Source: Naegleria gruberi | Taxonomy: Eukaryota | DNA length: 64,000 nucleotides | Reading direction: 5' to 3' (one strand) | NCBI GenBank assembly: GCA_000004985.1 | Contig: GG738853.1 | In this document: positions 12,050 to 22,590 of the stretch, piece by piece | Numbering within the stretch: position 1 is the stretch's first letter | Layout of the letters: each line of letters opens with the position of its first letter | Program-made: the position numbers and the translations under genes | The notes under the pieces: model-generated | Databases searched by the model: none | Seen by the model: the letters and a program-made list of their open reading frames with translations, nothing else | Told to the model about the DNA's origin: nothing

Positions 12050-12688
12050 TTACAATCCTAAGAGTTTCTTCTTTTGTTGTTGAAATTCTTCCTCTGTTAA
12101 AATTCCTCTATCTCTCAATTGACCCAATTTCTCAATTTGTGCATAAACATCATCACCACCAGAGCTACCACCACCACCAAGAATACTTCCTGAACTGGAT
12201 GATGTTGAACTGTTAGAATCACTCAAAGGAGTATTAATAACAGTGGTCGTTCCTGGAGCTTTTGAAACATAACGTTTCTGACCAGTTTTTGGATCGACAA
12301 CGAAACCAGGTTGTTGACGAGGTGAACTTGCACCACTTGTTGTTTTCTGAATTGTTTGAGTGGTTCCAAATTTATCATCCAATTTTCTTTGAACGAGTTG
12401 AAGACCTTTTCCTTCTTCTCTTCTAATGAGAATGAATGGGCCTTCCTTTTCAATATTAAATGATTGTACACTGTCAATATTACGTTTAGCAATCAAAATT
12501 CTGACTTGACATTTGGCAAGTGATGGAATATTTACTTGTTGAGCGACGTGTCTTTCCATTTCTATGGTATCTTCCGTTTTACACACGACAATATGATCAC
12601 CTGTTGTGGTTTCAACAGAGAGTTGGAAAGGAAGAGTTTCAGAAGCTGGAATATTTTCGATACAGAATGTCAAGTTGGTGATTGGCAT
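12050..12688 (-). CDS. protein with a C-terminal SHOCT-like domain
   Basis: 212-aa ORF. C-terminal DDVYAQIEKLGQLRDRGILTEEEFQQQKKKLLGL matches the SHOCT (short C-terminal domain) consensus seen mainly in prokaryotes. A Gly/Ser linker lies upstream of it. The N-terminal ~110 aa form a globular, possibly PH-like domain. Confidence 0.5.
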   Translation of the reverse strand: MPITNLTFCIENIPASETLPFQLSVETTTGDHIVVCKTEDTIEMERHVAQQVNIPSLAKCQVRILIAKRNIDSVQSFNIEKEGPFILIRREEGKGLQLVQRKLDDKFGTTQTIQKTTSGASSPRQQPGFVVDPKTGQKRYVSKAPGTTTVINTPLSDSNSSTSSSSGSILGGGGSSGGDDVYAQIEKLGQLRDRGILTEEEFQQQKKKLLGL

Positions 12689-13063
12689 TTTTTTTTTGAT
12701 TTTAATGATGTTTGAAGGTTAGATTGACGAGGTATTGATTTGGAGAATTATATTTGTTGTAACCATTATGCTGTTAATTGGTGTGAGTACTTGTTAAATA
12801 GTTAAATATTTTCTCATCTTTACAATACACTATTACTTTCAATATTAAATATATTTAAACTGTTTTTTTTTGATAATCTTTCCATATTGAGAAGGGCGTC
12901 AGTGACAAAAGCTCAGTTAGGCACCAACAAGAGGGTTTAGCTGCTTTCTTCTAATTTCCTCTGAGTTTCGAATAATTTCCAGCAAAGATAATGACAATTT
13001 CCTTGCATTTTCTTCATCAACAAAAGGAAATTAAAAAAAAATACCTGCAATTCTATTCGAAAG

Positions 13064-14465
13064 ATGATTCATACCACAAGATTCGAACCAAGTGATCGAT
13101 TACTTGTAGTGGTGGAACGTGGAACTAATCTTCCTGCAAAGGATTGGAATGGACTCAGTGATCCTTTCGTTATTCTAAAGTTGAATGATTCGTTTGAGAA
13201 AAAGACGAAAATTATCAAGAAGAATTTGAATCCGGTTTGGAATGAGGAATTTCTCTTCTTTTCATTGGGAGGAAGAGATCCATTGCAATTGACATTTGAA
13301 GGTTAGTATAGAGATTTGGAAATTGATTCAGATAGTGTTTCGTTTTGTTTCAGTGTTTGATTGGGATAGATTCTCAAAGGATGTAAGTTTCTAATAATTC
13401 TATTGGAAATGAGAACTAATGAATGAATAGGATTTTTTGGGATCTGCCACCTTGTTCATTCCCTCTGATAGGTTTGAATTCAATCAATTTCATAAAACTA
13501 TTCTCAATTTAACAACCTCAGGAACTATTTCAATCCATTACAAAATTATTCGAAAGGAACAGAGAGAATCAGGAATGTTTCCTTCCATTACTCAAGGTAG
13601 TGATGGAATTGTTGCTGGTGAGAATGAGAATGAAAGGAATTCCTTTTTTAATTATGAATTTTCTCCAACATTTTGTCCAAGTCTTCCAATGAATTTCAAA
13701 TTATTGTCTGTCAAGAAGGAAAAAAAAGTCATCTGTCAATGTGATTTTGAAGGTCCTTTTGAAAAACCTAGAAATAATCTCACAAAAGAACCAGGAGTTC
13801 TCCAAATATGCTATTTCAATATTCCACAAGACAAATTTTCACAAATCCACTCTGAATATCTATATTCCTATTTTGATCGATTGAAACAGTCTACAGAAAT
13901 CATGAATAGTCAATTGATGATGGAGAAAATTTCACATGAACAGGAGAAGGACATTACCTCTCTCTTCAAGAAGGGAAAATACTCAAAAGTTCTCGAGCAC
14001 ACTTGTAAGGTCAACACAACAGATGGCTTACTCACCGTTCTGACCTTCTCGTGTCTTGTTGGGGATTCCATGATGGCCCTCTTTCGATATGTCAGTTATT
14101 CGTACGAACAGAGAATTCGAATCACCTTAATAGAAATTATGAAACAATCGAAAATTGTACCAATCACGAACATTACATGCAATGGTATTACTAATGGAGG
14201 TGGTAGTATTAATAATAATTATAATTCACCTCCATCTCCTACTGTAACATCTTCATCATCATCTTCATCTTCATCACCATCATCGGATAGAGTTATGGAC
14301 GTGGGAAGTTTGTCCTCCTTAATGGATGATGAAAATTGTGCATTGTGTTCTCCATCACGACTTTTATCGAGTAATAATGCTAACAGTAGGAAAAATTCTG
14401 CAACCTCTCCTAAATCACCAATTATTGCCCTTTCTCCCTCATCCAACAATAAACATCTTCATTAA
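13064..14465 (+). CDS. C2-domain protein, 3 exons (13064-13301, 13354-13382, 13431-14465)
   Basis: C2 motifs RNGLSDPFVILKL...KKNLNPVWNEEF and, after splicing, LTFEVFDWDRFSKDDFLGSA. Introns GTTAGT...AG (52 nt) and GTAAGT...AG (48 nt) flank a 29-nt micro-exon. Ser-rich C-terminal region. Confidence 0.65.
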
Positions 14466-14551
14466 AATTGTTTATTATTAATAAGGCTTATTAGTAAGCC
14501 AAAAACACAACAAGTTAAAGTTATAAAAAAATTGCATTTACTTCTTCCACA

Positions 14552-15376
14552 ATGTTGAACAACACATTATCAGCTTCCTCCACTTTGCATAACCACATTA
14601 AAAAAGTTCCACTGGTATTTGAAGTTGTCTCTTTGAACCATGATACTGGTGCACCTACCACCATTTACAAGAAGGAAAGCCAACAATTGGGTCTAACCAG
14701 AAAGGGGCAAAAAGAACTTGAACAAATTATGCTTTCCAAAGATTATAGAAAGAGAAGATTTAGAGACACTTTCTACAACAAATCAGCAATGCTTGAAAAT
14801 GAGTGGCACTTTGAGAGATACGATATTGAAACAAACGAAACAGTTTCTATTATCAAAACCATTACCAATAATGCACTGGATCTTAAATCATTCTCCAGAC
14901 ATGCAAAAAGCTTTACTATGTCAGAAATAGTAGTTTCTTATGAAGTTCAATGTTTAGAGTGCGACTTTGGAAATTATGTTATTGAGATGGATGAAGTTAC
15001 CTTTCCCAAAGGGGATCCTCATTTCACTTGCACAATCATTTACAAAAATGAATCAAAGTTTACTGATACTGATTGTTGTGGAATTTCCAAATGCTCACAG
15101 AATTCCAACTACCCTGTGAGAAGTCAATTAGCTGAGTATTTCTATAGACATGATAGAATATTCTACGATGAATTGATGAATGCAAAAGTAATTGCTGAAC
15201 ATGGTTATCATATTTCCTTAACATTAAAACAGATTGAAGAAGTAAACAAAAGATCAGATGTTGAGGACATTATGGCTATGGTTTCAGGAACTTACAATCA
15301 AGATATTCCAGAATCAGAATCAGATTTAGACTCAATGGTAATCCAAGATGATGATACCGACGATGATGAGGTTTAA
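14552..15376 (+). CDS. hypothetical protein with acidic C-terminus
   Basis: 274-aa ORF with an ATG start, ending DDDTDDDEV. No recognised domain. Confidence 0.4.
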   Translation: MLNNTLSASSTLHNHIKKVPLVFEVVSLNHDTGAPTTIYKKESQQLGLTRKGQKELEQIMLSKDYRKRRFRDTFYNKSAMLENEWHFERYDIETNETVSIIKTITNNALDLKSFSRHAKSFTMSEIVVSYEVQCLECDFGNYVIEMDEVTFPKGDPHFTCTIIYKNESKFTDTDCCGISKCSQNSNYPVRSQLAEYFYRHDRIFYDELMNAKVIAEHGYHISLTLKQIEEVNKRSDVEDIMAMVSGTYNQDIPESESDLDSMVIQDDDTDDDEV

Positions 15377-15464
15377 TTTGCTCAATTTCTAGTCATTCTT
15401 TTTTGTATTTATCTCCATTAAAATTATATTATTAAATTAATTAATAATTATAAAATATAATAAT

Positions 15465-16502
15465 TTAAATGAATAATGATTTCCAACTATCTGGTAATCG
15501 TTTAAAGAAGGGAATATTTTGGAATGTTTTAGGTTGATAGACAATTTCAATGGATGGTTTCGACTCTAAATCAAAGGCAAATGGCACATCACATTCAACA
15601 TCTAAATAATATTCAATCTTTAAAAAGGTTCCATTGGTGGAAGGTAAAGTTTTTCTAGGAATGAAAAAATTTAAAACTCTCTCAGTATGTGTTTTGGCAG
15701 AAACTCCTTCAAATTTCATTCTGTAAACTTCGACTGGACCTTGCTTAATTGTTCTACGACCTTCTTTATCATTGGTTTCTCCATAAGTGGTAAGTTTGAG
15801 AGCTGCTTCATCACAAGAAATTGTTGCAGTTCTAAATAATTTAACTTTCAATGATTGAACATCTTTCCTTGAATCATTTTGAATGCTCAATTTGATTGGA
15901 ATAACTTCACATGGTTGGAAAAAGTTCTTTTCCATTTCTAGTTTCATTTTCAATTTACCAATACCTCCAAAAAGGAATTTCTTCTCTTTGAAATCAGTCA
16001 CTTGTTCTCTGATAATGTTTGGAGTAATAGGAACAAGCATACTACAATATAAATCTCCAAGTCTTGCAGCTACCTTATAAATAACTGCTCCTTTGTAAAC
16101 ATCTTTACAATCTTTCATTGAAATAAAAGTGCTTGGAAGCAATCCATTGGTTGGTAATTGAATTTCGAATGGAAACGAATAATCACCTGCTTCTATTCCA
16201 CTAGGAAAGCTTTTAACAATCGGTCTCAGGTCAACCAATGCCTTTTTACCATTCAACGAATAAGAGCTAGTTCTAGTATCCAACTGTATATCAGTCACAA
16301 CTAAACCTTTAGGAGTTACACCAATCTCATCATCCAATATATGAAGTTTAGTTCTTTCCTTTCCTTTGAATATGACAATTAAATTATTAGCTGGAGAGAA
16401 TGAAGATGGCAAAAGTGGTTCAGTGAGAGAAAGATTAATTATTCCACTCACCACTTCACCAGGATGATAGAAAGGCTTGGAAAGAGTAATGAAGATTGTC
16501 AT
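15465..16502 (-). CDS. arrestin-domain protein (paralog of 4109-5131)
   Basis: 345-aa ORF. MTIFITLSKPFYHPGEV...FKGKERTKL aligns along its length with the ORF at 4109. Confidence 0.65.
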   Translation of the reverse strand: MTIFITLSKPFYHPGEVVSGIINLSLTEPLLPSSFSPANNLIVIFKGKERTKLHILDDEIGVTPKGLVVTDIQLDTRTSSYSLNGKKALVDLRPIVKSFPSGIEAGDYSFPFEIQLPTNGLLPSTFISMKDCKDVYKGAVIYKVAARLGDLYCSMLVPITPNIIREQVTDFKEKKFLFGGIGKLKMKLEMEKNFFQPCEVIPIKLSIQNDSRKDVQSLKVKLFRTATISCDEAALKLTTYGETNDKEGRRTIKQGPVEVYRMKFEGVSAKTHTERVLNFFIPRKTLPSTNGTFLKIEYYLDVECDVPFAFDLESKPSIEIVYQPKTFQNIPFFKRLPDSWKSLFI

Positions 16503-17013
16503 CTGCTACTAATTTTTTGTGTTATTATTTGATCAGTGTTAAAGTTCATTGCAAGGTTCTCCAGTATATGTAGACTTGTATTAATGTTGGAATTATTCCG
16601 AAATTTCCTTCAAGCAAATCATGCTGATGATGATCAAGGTATTAAATAATATCGAATATCGTACCACTTGTTTGCTGTGATGATTTTTATTTCAAATTCA
16701 ATCTTGAAAAACTCCAAATATTTGTGCAAGCTTTATATTAATAGAAAAAAAAGGAAAGATCAAATTCTCTCTCTTCTTTGTTCATTCTCGCTTATTTGAT
16801 TTTGTTATTCTTGTGTACACAAAGAGAGGAATTCATCAACATCTTTTTTGAAGACACTTTTGTAAATAGTATATATTCTGTAGTAGAGGTTACATTCTTT
16901 ACATCTTCCGAAGCATTTTGTTGAAGAGTTTGAATTCGCTCTTCTCTCAACAATAGTATTAATTAATATATAGTAGTAGTAGCAGCAGCTAATTTATAGA
17001 GTACAAACTTATT

Positions 17014-20000
17014 ATGAAGTGTACATCATCATCATCATCTCCATTGTCTCCATCCTCACTGAAAAGAAAGCCTTCCGATTGTTTAGATCAAGAACAGGAT
17101 AGTAATATTATGGATCCTCCTTCAAAAAAGCAAAATATTACATCAAAAGCAAATAATTTCTCACATCAACATGGTATTCCATTGTCTTGTTTTATAGATG
17201 AACAAATTGAGGAAAATTTGAACAAGTATGAAGAGGAATTAAAGAATGGAGTATCTCTCAACTTGTTCAAATGTGTTAACAAGATGAAAGTGTCGGAAAA
17301 TGGAATTTATGTCCAATATCCTGGAGAAGCTAATGTTTACAAGACATTCTATGGATTTCTTAGTCTGGTTGATATGTTGCGAGTGGCAGAATTGAATTCA
17401 ATTGATGATTTATTTGGTAGGGATTATGATTCATCGACAGATCACGTCCTTCTAAATAAGATTATGAGATTATGCATTTCTAGTCACAATGCAAAGAATG
17501 GATTTTCAATGATTGTCGTATTCCAAATTATTTATCAGTTAACACAATTCTTAATTGCTGAAAGAAAGGCAGCACTCGAGTATATGGCCAACAATAGACA
17601 TGGAGAAGTAGAGGAAACGAATAATAATAATAGTATTAATTTGGAGGATATTGCTGTGTGTAAAATTGATCGGATATTTGTATCAGAATTTGATCCAAAG
17701 AAGGGAGAACTCATCAAGATTGGAATAACATACAATCAATATCAAAAGGAAAACTCTCACAAGATTTGGAATAGTGAAAGAGAGGCTGTGGAAATCTATC
17801 ACCTCGGAAAGCTTCTATTCGATGTTGTGACTTGGCATTATATTGGTTTGGACACGTTGGGAATGATCATTTTCCAAAAACCAACCAAAGAAGTTACTGT
17901 CCTTCAACAAGTTACTCAACAATTGAGGAATCTGTATTCAAAGAATGGAGAAAAGAGGACCAAGCTTTTTCAAAAAGTATTTACACAATGGAGTGATGAA
18001 CAATTTAAGAAGGATTTGGAAAATTCCAAGTCCAAAGCCCCTAATGACTATTTCTACTTTAACGAGGAATTGGGAAAAACTGTCGAGTGGATGTTTGCCA
18101 AATCTCAGGAGAAATACTATGGAGAATGCATAACAGCAGCACTCTATGAAACGGCAATGAAAAAGAAGAGGAATCTCCCCAAGCAGACTGATCCTTTTTT
18201 CAATTCTTCTTCCATCTTTAATTTCTTCTCGTCAAATTGGCAGAGTTCACAAGTGGTTACCTCTGAAAAGATAATGAGGAGTTTCCTCTTTTCCAAGTCA
18301 AGAATTCAAGACACTCTCCTAACTATTTATTTGAAAAGAAATCCAATCCTCCAGATTAGATACATCAAAAACATCCTTCATGATATGCTGGACAAGTTAC
18401 AGGAGGTTCCATCACAACCTCTCATGGATGGATACAATTATTATTCACTCTTCCCTAACTTGGAGTTTTTCAACAAGTATTCATACTTGTGTAGAGCTCT
18501 TTCCTCCCTGGTCTTTCCAATACCTTCTTTGAGGCTCAAGTTGGATCATTGGTCCTTTGTTGAGTTGCCACAATTCATTTCCAGTTATTCAAGTGTTACA
18601 AATGCTATGGAGAAGGGAAAAATTGCATCATACTTTGCCAAGAATACCTTCTTCAATGACGAAAATTCAAAGGGAACTTTCAATACAGCACTCTCACAAT
18701 ATGGTGTTGCTGATTTTTCTTCCTCTGTTATCATTCTGAAGAATATTGTACAAAGCCATTTGATATCATTGGAGAATATTATTGAGGAAAAGTCATTCAT
18801 TCAATCTTATATACGGGAGGCCAGTGATGCAATTTGTTATCAGGACTTGTTCGATTCATCTTCATTGAGGTTGGAATTAATGTTACAGGAACTAATTCTC
18901 TGTTATTCCTACATGGGCAAAGGATTGACAGAACAGAAGGACTTTGATAATGCAATGAAATATTCCGAGGATTCACTCAAGGCAATAATTATGGCTTGGA
19001 TTATTCTCACCAAGAGAGAGAAGGATTATGAGCAATTGCCAATTTTAATGCACGAAATCAAGACCTCAATAGATGGAGTATCTACCACTGATTTTGATCA
19101 ACTTGCCATTACTGTTGATGAATCAAAGCAAATTATTAAGGAAAATTATCATTCAGAATTGTCAGTTGTTCCTAACTGGTTCATTTCTACTCTCTTCACA
19201 GTGGCATACATTTACGATCACATTGAAAAGTTCAATGATGCTGTGGAAATTTATAGTTATGTAGTCAATGTTTGTCCAACCTATTCTATGGCTTTTAATA
19301 ATAGAGGAATTTGCAAGTATAGAATCTCCTCACCAGCTGTCGAATTTGAAGGTGATACATCACTACGTGAGGAAATGTCTTTCTATGACTATACTCTCTC
19401 TTCAGTTCTCGACTATGCCAATGTGTGTCCTCAGGTAAATAGGGTTTGCCTTCTCAATATTCAATCTAATCTGACCGATTATGATAAAATCGAGTCGAGA
19501 ATTGAACAAATGATCAATTTTTATCAGAATATTGGTTATGAAAACCTTGGAGAGGATTTGGAAAGCTATCTCACTGATGAAGAAGTGGAGATGGATATTT
19601 ATGAATTTTGGGCCAAAGACAGAAAGGAGAGATTGATCAAAGATCTCAATTTTTGTACCATTTACAAACCAACTGATACAATCAATGACATTTCAGAACA
19701 TTTATTCGATAGATCTGTGAATTTCCAATCTTTGGACATGTATGATCAGGCCATTAATGATTTAACCTGGTGTGAAGAATTGTGTAAAATTGAGGAGAAA
19801 CGACAAGTAATTGTTGATGAAGATGAAGAATCAAATTCCTTCTTTGGAGGATTCCCCAACTTTAGATCATTCCAAGCCAATCTCTTTTATAATAGAGCTG
19901 TTTGTTATGATGCTATTGGAAAATATAGAGAAGCCATCGATGATTTGTATCAATTATTGGAAATTGATGGAAATGATGCAGATGCTCGAATGATTTTAGA

Positions 20001-20043
20001 GGAATTGCTCGAGTCAACCAATGTTCAATCAAGAGTTTCTTAA
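17014..20043 (+). CDS. large hypothetical protein with C-terminal TPR-like repeats
   Basis: 1009-aa single-exon ORF. Ser-rich N-terminus. C-terminal TPR-like segments (AFNNRGICKY..., YNRAVCYDAIGKYREAIDDLYQLLEIDGNDADARMILEELL). Confidence 0.5.
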   Translation: MKCTSSSSSPLSPSSLKRKPSDCLDQEQDSNIMDPPSKKQNITSKANNFSHQHGIPLSCFIDEQIEENLNKYEEELKNGVSLNLFKCVNKMKVSENGIYVQYPGEANVYKTFYGFLSLVDMLRVAELNSIDDLFGRDYDSSTDHVLLNKIMRLCISSHNAKNGFSMIVVFQIIYQLTQFLIAERKAALEYMANNRHGEVEETNNNNSINLEDIAVCKIDRIFVSEFDPKKGELIKIGITYNQYQKENSHKIWNSEREAVEIYHLGKLLFDVVTWHYIGLDTLGMIIFQKPTKEVTVLQQVTQQLRNLYSKNGEKRTKLFQKVFTQWSDEQFKKDLENSKSKAPNDYFYFNEELGKTVEWMFAKSQEKYYGECITAALYETAMKKKRNLPKQTDPFFNSSSIFNFFSSNWQSSQVVTSEKIMRSFLFSKSRIQDTLLTIYLKRNPILQIRYIKNILHDMLDKLQEVPSQPLMDGYNYYSLFPNLEFFNKYSYLCRALSSLVFPIPSLRLKLDHWSFVELPQFISSYSSVTNAMEKGKIASYFAKNTFFNDENSKGTFNTALSQYGVADFSSSVIILKNIVQSHLISLENIIEEKSFIQSYIREASDAICYQDLFDSSSLRLELMLQELILCYSYMGKGLTEQKDFDNAMKYSEDSLKAIIMAWIILTKREKDYEQLPILMHEIKTSIDGVSTTDFDQLAITVDESKQIIKENYHSELSVVPNWFISTLFTVAYIYDHIEKFNDAVEIYSYVVNVCPTYSMAFNNRGICKYRISSPAVEFEGDTSLREEMSFYDYTLSSVLDYANVCPQVNRVCLLNIQSNLTDYDKIESRIEQMINFYQNIGYENLGEDLESYLTDEEVEMDIYEFWAKDRKERLIKDLNFCTIYKPTDTINDISEHLFDRSVNFQSLDMYDQAINDLTWCEELCKIEEKRQVIVDEDEESNSFFGGFPNFRSFQANLFYNRAVCYDAIGKYREAIDDLYQLLEIDGNDADARMILEELLESTNVQSRVS

Positions 20044-20154
20044 TAAACTTTGAGTTTTTCAAATTTCCTACACCCAAACCAACTTCCAAATAGAAACAAT
20101 TTATTTAAGGTTGTGATGGTGAGATGTTTTTTCAATGTTCAAATAAACTTAAAA

Positions 20155-21803
20155 ATGCAGCAAGAATCGAACAGCGCACAGTTTCAGAATATATCATCTT
20201 CGGAATTGGAGCAAACGAGCACAACGTATGAGAGAAAAGAAGTGAAAATAATCGAATGGAAAGAATGGAAAATTGTCAAGTTTTTTAGAAGAGACAATAA
20301 AGAGAATGGAAATGGACCAAAACTTTACAAGATGAGGTGGATAATATTGCTGATTTTCGCGTTGGCAATGTTAAGTTCGTTTTTGGCTCAGTTGACTTTC
20401 TCTTCTCTTGGGTGAGTATATCGAATATTTCGAATTAAAGCTCATTTTAAATGAAACCATGAATGAAATTGAATTCTACCATTACAATCAGGGTAATTAT
20501 CATGCAGTATTATAAAATTCCACACCAGAATTGGAAAGTCAACATGATGAGTTTGATATTTCTTATAGTTCATCTTCCCTCTTCATTGATAGTGAGTTTC
20601 GTAATGAAACGTTTTGGATTAAGATGTTGCATGATCATATTCGGTTCACTAACATTTATTGGAATGTGGATTCGTTGTTTTGGCTATAAGAAAGGAGACG
20701 AAACCTATTTATGGATTGCATTTTGTGGCCAAACTTTCATTGCTTTTGCCCAACCATTCCTTACGAGCATTTCGGGTCTTTTGGGAGTAAATTGGTTTGG
20801 AGATAAGGAAAGAACACTGGTCCAAGTTGCAGCTCTACTTACGGCAGCTCTCGGAGGCGGAGTCGCATTTGCTATCGGACCTAGTTTAATTACGATGGGC
20901 AAGAGAGAAATGCATGGATCAGAGATTGGAATGCTAGCTTATTTATCTTCCCAGGCCTTTATTTCAACTGCTTGTTTATTGTTGATTGTTATTTTCTTTA
21001 AGGATCGACCACCAACTCCACCAGTACTAATTAAGGAAATTCAAACAATGGAGAAATTGGACGAAAACGAACAAATGTTAACAGAGGAGAGCAGATTGAC
21101 AATTAATTTGACCACTGATGACATCAATATCGAAAAAGGCTTTGAATCTTTCAATTCGAAAGATATTTATCCAGAACAAACTTTTTGGATAGGTTTTAAA
21201 AAGTTAATGACCTCTCCTCATTTCATAATGTTAACAATTTCATCATCCTGTCTGATTTCTGTCTTTCAAACAATGTCCATTCTCGATCAGATCATTAACC
21301 CAAAAGGTTACACCACCTTTGACACTGCAAATCTTAACATTGTCAATTTGGTATTTGTGGTATTTGGATGTTTTGGATTGAGTATTGTATTTGACAAGAC
21401 TAAACGTTTCAAATTGATTTCTTGCATCAGTAGCTTTATGGCATGTTTAGGATTTGCTTGTTTTGCCATTATCTTGCAATGGAACAAGTCAGATTTCACA
21501 ATAATTTTGGTTTATCTGTCAATGGTCGTTATCGGTTGTTCAGCCATTCCCAGTTTACCTCTAATTTCTCAAATGATAGTCTATTCAACCTATCCAATCC
21601 ATCCAGCAACAAGTCTTGTGATATCAAGTGCCTTCAGTACAATTTGGAATGTAATAATGTGGGTCATTGTAAATGTGCTACTGAGCGAGATGAGTAATTC
21701 ATCCAGTGTCATATTGTGGTTGAGCTTTGCGCTATTGATTGTTTCCTTTATAATGACTGTATTATTTAGAGGTAAATTCGATAATATTCTGGTCAATAAA
21801 TAG
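20155..21803 (+). CDS. MFS (major facilitator superfamily) transporter, FLVCR/MFSD7-like, 2 exons (20155-20411, 20492-21803)
   Basis: GTGAGT...AG intron of 80 nt joins ...LAQLTFSSLG to VIIMQYYK.... About 12 predicted TM helices. MFS loop motif WFGDKERTLVQVAA between TM2 and TM3. The upstream ATG choice (20155) is uncertain. Confidence 0.6.
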
Positions 21804-21888
21804 AAACTGTTCAAAGTTTATTTAGCCAAAGTTATACTTTGTTCATTCAACGTTTTTCGAAAATTGTAAATATGATGAAAATGTGTAA

Positions 21889-21977
21889 GGCGGCTTAGCA
21901 CAGTGGCAGTGCATCAGTCTTGTAGGCAGCAATGCTTAGATAACTGAGGGTCGAGGGTTCAATTCCCTCAGTCGCCT
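21889..21977 (+). tRNA. tRNA-Thr(UGU) with a 17-nt intron (anticodon assignment tentative)
   Basis: Cloverleaf: acceptor GGCGGCT/AGTCGCC; D-arm GCAC-AGTGGCA-GTGC; anticodon stem TCAGT/ACTGA with loop CTTGTA|intron GGCAGCAATGCTTAGAT|A; T-arm GAGGG-TTCAATT-CCCTC. TTTT terminator immediately 3'. Confidence 0.7.
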
Positions 21978-22047
21978 TTTGTATTGGTGATTGCCAAGAA
22001 AAACAAGCCTTAATTGTGAATAAGGGATATTTTCTTTTATCAATGTA

Positions 22048-22120
22048 TCCCCCTTAGCTCAGTCGGTAGAGCGTCAGACTGTTAATCTGCAGGTCGGTGG
22101 TTCGAGCCCACCAGGGGGAG
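22048..22120 (+). tRNA. tRNA-Asn(GUU)
   Basis: Acceptor TCCCCCT/AGGGGGA; D-arm GCTC-AGTCGGTA-GAGC; anticodon loop CTGTTAA; T-arm GGTGG-TTCGAGC-CCACC. T-rich terminator 3'. Confidence 0.8.
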
Positions 22121-22590
22121 TTGTTTTGTTTTTGTTTACTCTAAACTTTGAACTATATTTGATATTACGAATAAGCAGAATATTTCTGAAGGCCAATTGT
22201 TATTTTCAAACGAGATATCCCGTCTAGTTGAGCTGGAAAGCTCAAAAGAAGGGAATGTTAAACTAATAAGGATTGGACGTGATATTCCCGTTCCATGATT
22301 TTTTGCGAGTTAAAACCAGTTCCAAAATCAAGCGGTTGTACAAATCAGACAAGCTAACTGGATTTAAGCATACGAACCAACCTGAAAGAAATGTTTTCTA
22401 ATAGAACCTTCCATTGTAAGCTTTCCAGTATACTGAACATTAAAGATCTCAAAGTCTACTAAGTTGAATTACTATTGCAAATCACCATAATGATTGCTGA
22501 TGACATTGCTGCTACTACCACTCATTAAGTGTGTGATTAATTGTTGTTGATTTGTTGGAGAATCAGATAACACAATCAAAAAAACACAAC

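Larger units (their letters stand above)
21851..22135. repeat. left copy of a ~285-bp inverted repeat (tRNA-Thr + tRNA-Asn pair plus spacers) flanking the NRPS gene
   Basis: Reverse-complement of 28135-28425. tRNA exons are identical, the tRNA-Thr intron differs at 2 positions, and spacers are about 90 percent identical with one ~9-nt indel. Similarity decays within about 30 nt outside the tRNA genes. Confidence 0.8.

Noticed and set aside
12028-12492. Short ORFs overlapping the SHOCT gene (62 aa +, 89 aa -)
   Set aside because: Contained within, or antisense to, the better-supported 212-aa ORF.
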